A DNA stretch of 64,000 nucleotides. Origin: Alistipes sp. GTDB taxonomy: Bacteria; Bacteroidota; Bacteroidia; Bacteroidales; Rikenellaceae. How positions within the stretch are numbered: position 1 is the stretch's first letter; each line of letters begins with the position of its first letter. The stretch spans positions 15,802-79,801 of the forward strand of contig JAFPAD010000082.1 in the NCBI GenBank assembly GCA_017424405.1. The letters run 5' to 3'. The translations under genes were made by a program, and so were the position numbers. Shown one piece after another: positions 57,462 to 64,000 of the stretch. The notes beneath the pieces were generated by a model that was not told the origin of the DNA, did not search any database, and worked only from the letters and a program-made list of their open reading frames with translations.

Positions 57462-58133
57462 ATGAACTTAGTGAAAAAATATACTATAGGGGAGGAGTAT
57501 CTAAATGCAATTTCTCACGGAGTGGGTACTCTTGTGTGTGGTGCTGTTTGTGTATATTTTCTAAAGCAAGGTTATGCAAACGGCTCACCATTGGCTATTT
57601 TTAGTTTGTGGTTATATCTTTTTGGTGTCATAAGTTCTTATCTTGCTTCTACGCTCTATCACGCTTGTTCGAGTGAGTGTTCGGTGGCTAAAAGTACGCT
57701 TCGTCAGGTAGACCATGCCGCCATCTATTGGCATATTGCTGGTAGTTACTCTCCAATAACCCTCATCGCTATGCTTGCTGACGGTTTTGATGTTTGGGGG
57801 TGGGTGATATTTGGATTTGTGTGGTTGTGCGCTATCGTAGGCACATCGTTGAGCTTCAGGAAGATGAAGGCTCATAGCTATTTGGAAACAGCCTGCTATG
57901 TGTTGATGGGACTCTCTATTTTAGTGGCGTTCAAGCCATTCCATGATAGTGTAGGCACAACTATCGTTTTGTGGGTCGTAGCCGAGGGTGTAAGCTATAT
58001 TGTGGGTGCTGTGTTATATGGTTTTAAGAAGATGCGTTACATGCACTCGGTGTTTCATGTTTTCGTTTTACTGGGTGATCTGTGCCACATGATAGCTATG
58101 TATAAAGTGTTGGAGATGTTTCTTAAGTCGTAA
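57462..58133 (+). CDS. Hemolysin III / PAQR-family membrane protein
   Basis: EEYLNAISHG, STLYH, DHAAIY..IAGSYSP, HSVFHVFV; ATG at 57462. Confidence 0.92.
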   Translation: MNLVKKYTIGEEYLNAISHGVGTLVCGAVCVYFLKQGYANGSPLAIFSLWLYLFGVISSYLASTLYHACSSECSVAKSTLRQVDHAAIYWHIAGSYSPITLIAMLADGFDVWGWVIFGFVWLCAIVGTSLSFRKMKAHSYLETACYVLMGLSILVAFKPFHDSVGTTIVLWVVAEGVSYIVGAVLYGFKKMRYMHSVFHVFVLLGDLCHMIAMYKVLEMFLKS

Positions 58134-58200
58134 CATTTAGTGTGATTTTGAAATAGGTGGATTTTTCCCTATATTTGCCAAATATTGCTAACAATCAGAT

Positions 58201-58926
58201 ATGGAAAAGAGTGTTTTTAGAACAAAAATAGAGCCTCAGCATGTAGATTTCACCTCACGAGCTTCGGTCTCGTCAATGTGTGATATTATACTATATGTTG
58301 CGGGTATTGATGCTCATAATCGTGGTTTTGGTATTGACGCGTTGGCGGGTAAAAACTTCGGTTGGGTTTTGTCGCGCTTGTGCGTCGAGTTGGATTATCT
58401 CCCCAAGGAGTATGAGCAGTTTACTATTCACACGTGGATTAGCGATTACAATCGCCTTTCTTCAACCCGAAATTTCACCCTCACCGATGATAATGGCTGT
58501 GAATTTGGTAGAGCCGTATCACAGTGGTGTATGCTCGATTTCGACACCCGTATGCCGGTGGATATGAATACATTGGCTAAGGTGCATGATGGTACGATTG
58601 TCGATGCTCCATCGCCATGCGAACGTCCACGTCGTTTGGGCGCTGTTGGTGGGGAGGTTATCGCCGAGCATCGTGTAGTGTATAGCGATATTGATTTCAA
58701 TCGTCACATGAACACTATGCGTTACATCGACATTATATTCGACTCCATGCCTATTGAGGTGCCCGAGAAAGTTAGGTCTCTTCGTATGGACGTTAATTTC
58801 TTGAAGGAGGCTTTGTATGGCGATACCCTATATCTGAAGCAGGAACTTGTGGAGCAGAAGCGTGTCTATGAATTTAGCAATGCGCAGCAAGATGCGTTGT
58901 GCCGTTTCGCCTTTGAGTTAAAATAA
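58201..58926 (+). CDS. Acyl-ACP thioesterase (FatA/B-like)
   Basis: WVLSRL, SDIDFNRHMNTMRY double-hotdog motif. Confidence 0.88.
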   Translation: MEKSVFRTKIEPQHVDFTSRASVSSMCDIILYVAGIDAHNRGFGIDALAGKNFGWVLSRLCVELDYLPKEYEQFTIHTWISDYNRLSSTRNFTLTDDNGCEFGRAVSQWCMLDFDTRMPVDMNTLAKVHDGTIVDAPSPCERPRRLGAVGGEVIAEHRVVYSDIDFNRHMNTMRYIDIIFDSMPIEVPEKVRSLRMDVNFLKEALYGDTLYLKQELVEQKRVYEFSNAQQDALCRFAFELK

Positions 58927-58946
58927 TAGCCTAATTCCTATTGTAT

Positions 58947-59819
58947 ATGACACCAATTCCATCATTTGTATACAAAAAATCAAATCAAATCGCCATGATT
59001 ATATTCGTGCCGATTTTTGCGCTGTTGTTTATTACCATATATCGTCCATTCAATTTTGAGTATATCGATGAGGATGCTGGACTGCTCACCAAACTCAATA
59101 TCTCGCGAGAGGTTTTAGTTCAGCTCATTACCATAGGTTTTATCTTGATGGGAATGGCGGTTGTAGCTATCAGCCGATGTATTATGGCATTATACACCCG
59201 TTCGCGTGAGATATCCTACGTCAGTTACGTTGCATGGGTGGCATGTGAGGTGTTGATTATGGCGTTTATCTTCACTATGGCAGCACTCTTTACCGATACC
59301 AATAAGAGTATAGGAACGCTGTTCTACAACTCGTTGGTTAAGACCTTCTTCATTCTATTGATTCCATATGTGATGTGTTACATCTATTTCATTTGGCAGG
59401 AACGAGTTGCTCAGTTGCGAAATATCAGGGAGCGCCTTGCTGAAGATGAAAATGCGTTACAGGCGGCGTATGTCCAGATTTTTGATGAGAAGGGTGAACT
59501 TAGATTGTCTGTCCGTCGTGAGCATTTGTTGTTGCTGGAGTCGGCTGATAACTATGTTTGTGTTTGGTATATCAATAACGGAGCTCCTAAAAAGGTGTTG
59601 GTGCGTAATACTCTCACTCGTGTTGCGAAGAAGTTGGAGACTACTCATATCCAACGATGCCATCGCTCATTCATTATCAACCTTGATTTAATTAAGGTTA
59701 TGCGTCGCGAAAAGGAGGGTATATTTGTAGAGTTTGGCATGGAGGGTGTCCCCGATGTTCCTATCTCAAAAACATATCTTGAAAACATCAATAAATGGCT
59801 TGTAGGAGGCGCTAATTAG
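58947..59819 (+). CDS. Membrane-anchored LytTR-family transcriptional regulator
   Basis: About four TM helices; LESADNYV...RCHRSFIIN...VPISKTY. Confidence 0.88.
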   Translation: MTPIPSFVYKKSNQIAMIIFVPIFALLFITIYRPFNFEYIDEDAGLLTKLNISREVLVQLITIGFILMGMAVVAISRCIMALYTRSREISYVSYVAWVACEVLIMAFIFTMAALFTDTNKSIGTLFYNSLVKTFFILLIPYVMCYIYFIWQERVAQLRNIRERLAEDENALQAAYVQIFDEKGELRLSVRREHLLLLESADNYVCVWYINNGAPKKVLVRNTLTRVAKKLETTHIQRCHRSFIINLDLIKVMRREKEGIFVEFGMEGVPDVPISKTYLENINKWLVGGAN

Positions 59820-59831
59820 GCTTAAAACGAG

Positions 59832-59899
59832 TAGGGGTTGAATATAAATAAGGGGTGAAATAAAAATTTTCGCCCCTTATTTTCGTTTTTTAACCCCTA
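59832..59899. terminator. Long interrupted hairpin, probable terminator
   Basis: TAGGGGTT..AAATAAGGGGTGAAA / TTTCGCCCCTTATTT..AACCCCTA. Confidence 0.6.
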
Positions 59900-60033
59900 T
59901 ATGTAATTCGTCCCACTACCGGTACGAGTGCCACTTAAATTTTATCATTCACTCTATTTATCGGATATTTGCACCGCAATTTAAGATGTAAGCGAATTTA
60001 TTATATTATATTGGTCCTTGAGGCTTAAATTTT

Positions 60034-61668
60034 ATGAGACACTATTTATCATTTTTTCAACAGTCGGCACGCGAGAATTGGAATTCTCCTGCTTTGAGTG
60101 ATTATCAGGGTGCAACCTACACCTTTGGCGAAATTGCAACCCGCATTTCAAAATTGCATGCTTGTTATAAAGTTATTGGTGTAAAGGCGGGTGACCGCGC
60201 TGCTATCGCTGCAAAGAATAGCTCTCATTGGGCTACAAGTTTTGTTTCAATCGTATCATGTCAGGCAGTAGCAGTTCCTATCTTGGCTGATTTCAACCCA
60301 GCTGATATCGCAAAACTTACAGCACACTCTGATAGCTTGGTTCTCTTTACCGATGCTAAGACATGGGAGGCTATGGATATTGAGGTTATGCCTGATTTGA
60401 AGGTTGCTATCAATGTCGAGGACTTCACTTTGTTGTATGCCTCTGATAAGACTGTGGGCGAGCAGGTGAGTGCTATTTTGGCTGAGAAGATTGATGCTTC
60501 GAGCGTCGATAAGATGGCTGTTACCGATTATAAGATTGGCGATTTGAACGATTTGGCAATTATCAACTATACATCAGGTACAACCAGCTCACCAAAGGGT
60601 GTAATGCTTACCTCTGGTAACTTGTCTTCAAACATTGAGTTTGCATTGGCTTACATCCCTGTAAAGACGGGTGATCAGATTATGTCAATGTTGCCTATGG
60701 CACACATGTACGGTATGGCGTTTGAGTTCCTCTATCCATTGTTTGGTGGTGCGCGTGTGTTCTTCTTGGGTAAGACCCCAACTCCAACCCTTTTGATGCA
60801 GGCGTTGGCAGATATCAAGCCATACTTGCTTATTACTGTACCTTTGGTATTGGAGAAGATTTTTAAGAATAAGGTTATGCCTACACTAGAGAAGCCTGCG
60901 CTTAAGATTTTGACATCTATCCCTGGTGTTAATAAGTTGATTTACGCTAAGGTGCGCAAGCAGTTGCTCAATGTGTTTGGTGGTAACCTCCAATCTATTG
61001 TTATCGGTGGAGCTGCTATTAGCCGCCCTGTTGAGAAGGTTATGCGTAAGATTCGTTTGCCATACACAGTAGGTTACGGTATGACCGAGTGTGCTCCTTT
61101 GATTGGATACGAGCCATGGCAGACATTCCGTCTTGGTTCATGTGGTCGCGCTGTTACCGGTATGGAGGTGCGTATCGACTCTGAGAATCCACAGAAGCAG
61201 GTTGGAGAGATTCAGGTTAAGGGTGCTAACGTTATGCTTGGCTACTATAAGAACCCGGAGGCTACCGCTGCAACGTTCACTGAAGATGGTTATTTGCGTA
61301 CTGGCGACTTGGGTATTATCGACAAGAAGGGTAATATCTTCATCAAGGGTCGTAGCAAGTGTATGATTCTCTCACCGAATGGTCAGAATATCTACCCTGA
61401 GGAGATCGAGAGCAAGCTCAACTCATTCCCACGCGTAGCCGAGTCATTGGTTGTTAGCCGTGGTAACGTTCTCGTAGCATTGGTAGCAATGACTCCAGAG
61501 GATCAGAAGAAGGGTATTACCGAGGAGTTGAAGGCGCAGATGGAGCAGAATCGCATCGAACTCAATAAGGTTATGCCTGCATATAGCAAGATTTCGTCAA
61601 TCGAAATCATCGAGCAGGGCTTTGAGCATACTCCAAAGCAGTCGATTAAGCGCTTTATGTACAAATAA
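60034..61668 (+). CDS. Long-chain-fatty-acid--CoA ligase (FadD-like AMP-binding enzyme)
   Basis: YTSGTTSSPKG, GYGMTE, TGDLG, NGQNIYPEEIE. Confidence 0.9.
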   Translation: MRHYLSFFQQSARENWNSPALSDYQGATYTFGEIATRISKLHACYKVIGVKAGDRAAIAAKNSSHWATSFVSIVSCQAVAVPILADFNPADIAKLTAHSDSLVLFTDAKTWEAMDIEVMPDLKVAINVEDFTLLYASDKTVGEQVSAILAEKIDASSVDKMAVTDYKIGDLNDLAIINYTSGTTSSPKGVMLTSGNLSSNIEFALAYIPVKTGDQIMSMLPMAHMYGMAFEFLYPLFGGARVFFLGKTPTPTLLMQALADIKPYLLITVPLVLEKIFKNKVMPTLEKPALKILTSIPGVNKLIYAKVRKQLLNVFGGNLQSIVIGGAAISRPVEKVMRKIRLPYTVGYGMTECAPLIGYEPWQTFRLGSCGRAVTGMEVRIDSENPQKQVGEIQVKGANVMLGYYKNPEATAATFTEDGYLRTGDLGIIDKKGNIFIKGRSKCMILSPNGQNIYPEEIESKLNSFPRVAESLVVSRGNVLVALVAMTPEDQKKGITEELKAQMEQNRIELNKVMPAYSKISSIEIIEQGFEHTPKQSIKRFMYK

Positions 61669-61716
61669 TTAGCATTTCTTTCAAACAAAGAAATATTTCC
61701 TGTAACATTTATTCCG

Positions 61717-61754
61717 TCCCGTTGATGGTGAGCGACCATCGACGGGATTTTTTT
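61717..61754 (+). terminator. Intrinsic terminator
   Basis: TCCCGTTGATGGT-gagcg-ACCATCGACGGGA-TTTTTTT. Confidence 0.85.
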
Positions 61755-61836
61755 ATTGGGTAATAAAATTTTGTCATTATAAAGTTGTTACTCTGCTTAT
61801 GTGTTTGTAACTTTGCCATAATCAATAATTGTATAT

Positions 61837-63123
61837 ATGCAGTCAAAAGATATGCGTGAGGCGATTATCGCCTTGATAAAACGAGAGTGTGTGCCAGCCA
61901 TTGGCTGTACCGAGCCTGTGGCGGTGTCATTGTGTGTGGCGCGTGCTACGGAGTTGCTTGGCACTGTGCCAGAACATATTACGGTGCGCCTAAGTGCCAA
62001 CATATTAAAGAATGCAATGGGTGTAGGTATCCCAGCAACAGGTATGATAGGTCTGCCTATCGCTATTGCGTTGGGTGCATTGGTAGGTCGTTCGGAGTAT
62101 GAGCTTGAGGTTTTGAAGGACGCCGATGCCGATGCTGTGGAGCAGGGAAAACAATATATCGAGCAGGGCCGTATCTCCATCGAACTCAAAAAGGGTATAT
62201 CGGAGAAGTTATATATCGAAGTCGAGGCTACGGCAGGTGAGCATAGCTCGGTGGCGATAATAGCTGGGGGACACTCTACGTTTGTATATCTTCAACAGGA
62301 CTCTGAGGTGTTGTTGGATATTCGTGATGGCGGTAGTGCTGAGGAGGAGTGTGAAGATGTGGAGCTCACTTTGCGCAAGGTCTATGATTTTGCTACAACA
62401 GCTCCATTGGAGGAGATTGAATTTATTTCCGAATCAATGCGTCTAAATAAGGCTGCTGCCGAGAGTGCCTTTGTCGATGAGTATGGTCACTCTTTGGGTC
62501 GTATGTTGCGTCAGCCACGAGAACTTAAAATCATGGGCGATAGCGTATTTACTCGCATCTTATCCTATACATCATCGGCTTGCGATGCTCGTATGGGCGG
62601 AGCTAAGGTGCCTGTAATGAGTAACTCAGGAAGTGGTAATCAGGGTATTACAGCCACACTGCCTGTTGTGGTTTATGGCGAGGAGTGTGGTGCAAGCCAC
62701 GAGCAGATGATTCGAGCACTTGCGTTAAGTCACCTCACCGTAATATATATAAAGCAAAGTCTTGGACGTTTGTCAGCGTTGTGTGGATGTGTTGTGGCAG
62801 CTTCGGGCTCAAGTTGTGGTATCACCTACTTGATGGGTGGTGGATACGACGAGGTGGCGTGCGCTGTGAAGAATATGATTGCCAATCTTACAGGTATGAT
62901 TTGCGACGGTGCTAAGCCAAGTTGTGCATTGAAACTCGCCAGCGGAGTCTCTACGGCGTTGTTGTCGGCGATGATGGCTATGGAGGGTAGATGTGTGTCT
63001 AAGCTCGAGGGTATTATCGATGAAGATGTCGATCGTTCTATCCGCAATCTTACGGCGATAGGTCGTGATGGAATGAACTCTACCGACGATTTGATTTTGA
63101 ATATAATGACAAGCAAGTCATAA
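61837..63123 (+). CDS. YhaM/CyuA-like L-cysteine desulfidase (serine dehydratase alpha family)
   Basis: PAIGCTEP, DARMGG, SNSGSGNQG, GMICDGAKPSCALK. Confidence 0.87.
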   Translation: MQSKDMREAIIALIKRECVPAIGCTEPVAVSLCVARATELLGTVPEHITVRLSANILKNAMGVGIPATGMIGLPIAIALGALVGRSEYELEVLKDADADAVEQGKQYIEQGRISIELKKGISEKLYIEVEATAGEHSSVAIIAGGHSTFVYLQQDSEVLLDIRDGGSAEEECEDVELTLRKVYDFATTAPLEEIEFISESMRLNKAAAESAFVDEYGHSLGRMLRQPRELKIMGDSVFTRILSYTSSACDARMGGAKVPVMSNSGSGNQGITATLPVVVYGEECGASHEQMIRALALSHLTVIYIKQSLGRLSALCGCVVAASGSSCGITYLMGGGYDEVACAVKNMIANLTGMICDGAKPSCALKLASGVSTALLSAMMAMEGRCVSKLEGIIDEDVDRSIRNLTAIGRDGMNSTDDLILNIMTSKS

Positions 63124-63140
63124 TGAAAGCTATGTAAAGA

Positions 63141-63176
63141 AAAAAGGTGTGTCAGACGAAAGTGACACACCTTTTT
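63141..63176. terminator. Bidirectional intrinsic terminator
   Basis: AAAAAGGTGTGTCA...TGACACACCTTTTT. Confidence 0.85.
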
Positions 63177-63179
63177 GTT

Positions 63180-64000
63180 TTACTCTACATATAGCACCAA
63201 GCCCTTCAAATATTCACCCTCGGGGTGATAGATGTTGATAGGGTGGTCGGCAGGTTGTGTTAGCTGGTGTAGGATTCTTACCTTACGTCCTGCTATGGCT
63301 GCTGCCGAAAATACAGTTGTGCGGAATAACTCCTTCGATACGGCTTGTGAGCATGAGAATGTGAACAGAATACCGCCACTCTTTATCTGCGACAAGGCGC
63401 GAGCATTTATTCGCTTATATCCCTGCATGGCGTTACCCAATACTTTATGGTGCTTTGCGAAAGCGGGTGGGTCGAGAATAATCAGGTCGTATTTGTCGCC
63501 AATCTGCTTGATGTACTCCACAGCGTCGGCAGCTACGGCAGAGTGCTTCACGCTGTCGCCGAAGTTAAGACGCATATTCTCGTCAGCGAGTTTTACGGCA
63601 CGTTCCGAAGCATCAACCGAGCATACTTCCAACGCTCCACCTGAAGCGGCATACACCGAGAAACCTCCCGTGTAGCAGAATGTGTTCAGCACGGTGCGAC
63701 CTTTGGCATAGTGACGTACCAACTCACGATTTTGGCGCTGGTCGAGGAAGAAGCCTGTCTTCTGTCCCTCCTCCCAATTCACCAGGAACTTCTCGTTGTT
63801 CTCCTTCACTACGTGAGCCTTGTGGTCGCTCTTGCCCCAGATGTAACCATCAACAGCATTTAATCCTGCCTTGAAAGGTACGGTCTGCGAACTCTTGTCG
63901 TAGATGGCTGTAAGTTTTTCACCAAAAGCTGTGCGCAGAGCCTCAGCAATAGACATGCGCGAAAGATACATACCCACCGAGTGGCATTGCACAACCGCCA
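63180..64000 (-). CDS. rlmI: RlmI-like SAM-dependent rRNA methyltransferase, C-terminal part; start outside the window
   Basis: GQKTGFFLDQR, FCYTGGFS, ILDPPAFAK, FSCS, EGEYLKGL. Confidence 0.88.
   Translation of the reverse strand, partial: AVVQCHSVGMYLSRMSIAEALRTAFGEKLTAIYDKSSQTVPFKAGLNAVDGYIWGKSDHKAHVVKENNEKFLVNWEEGQKTGFFLDQRQNRELVRHYAKGRTVLNTFCYTGGFSVYAASGGALEVCSVDASERAVKLADENMRLNFGDSVKHSAVAADAVEYIKQIGDKYDLIILDPPAFAKHHKVLGNAMQGYKRINARALSQIKSGGILFTFSCSQAVSKELFRTTVFSAAAIAGRKVRILHQLTQPADHPINIYHPEGEYLKGLVLYVE

Overview
Mostly housekeeping chromosome of a Bacteroidota anaerobe, probably Rikenellaceae/Alistipes-like (inferred from gene content and many TAnnTTTG -7 promoter motifs). It holds about 50 CDS (aroA partial, lptB, recQ, rsmA, an M16 peptidase pair, nifJ, purT, pyrF-pyrE-pyrB, fabH-fabF-fabG, ruvB, uvrB, lgt, panB, glnS, trmB, a Clp ATPase, rarA, an RND efflux trio, a fadD-like ligase, rlmI partial), three glycoside hydrolases, one tRNA-Arg(CCG) and many intrinsic terminators. 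No transposase, integrase, CRISPR array or rRNA is visible. The most unusual element is a ~700 bp non-coding stretch between pyrF and fabG (19333-20013): two 58-bp inverted arms (56/58 match) built from short tandem repeats enclose a ~480 nt core that can be hand-folded on the + strand into a deeply nested multi-branch RNA with some group-I-intron-like motifs. Other points of interest: a structured ~260 nt leader before an AT-rich orphan gene, two membrane-anchored LytTR regulators each next to fatty-acid genes, a Firmicutes-like pyr operon with a PyrB-zinc-domain fusion, and an in-frame amber stop in a GH20 gene. All RNA structures were derived by eye, not computed.
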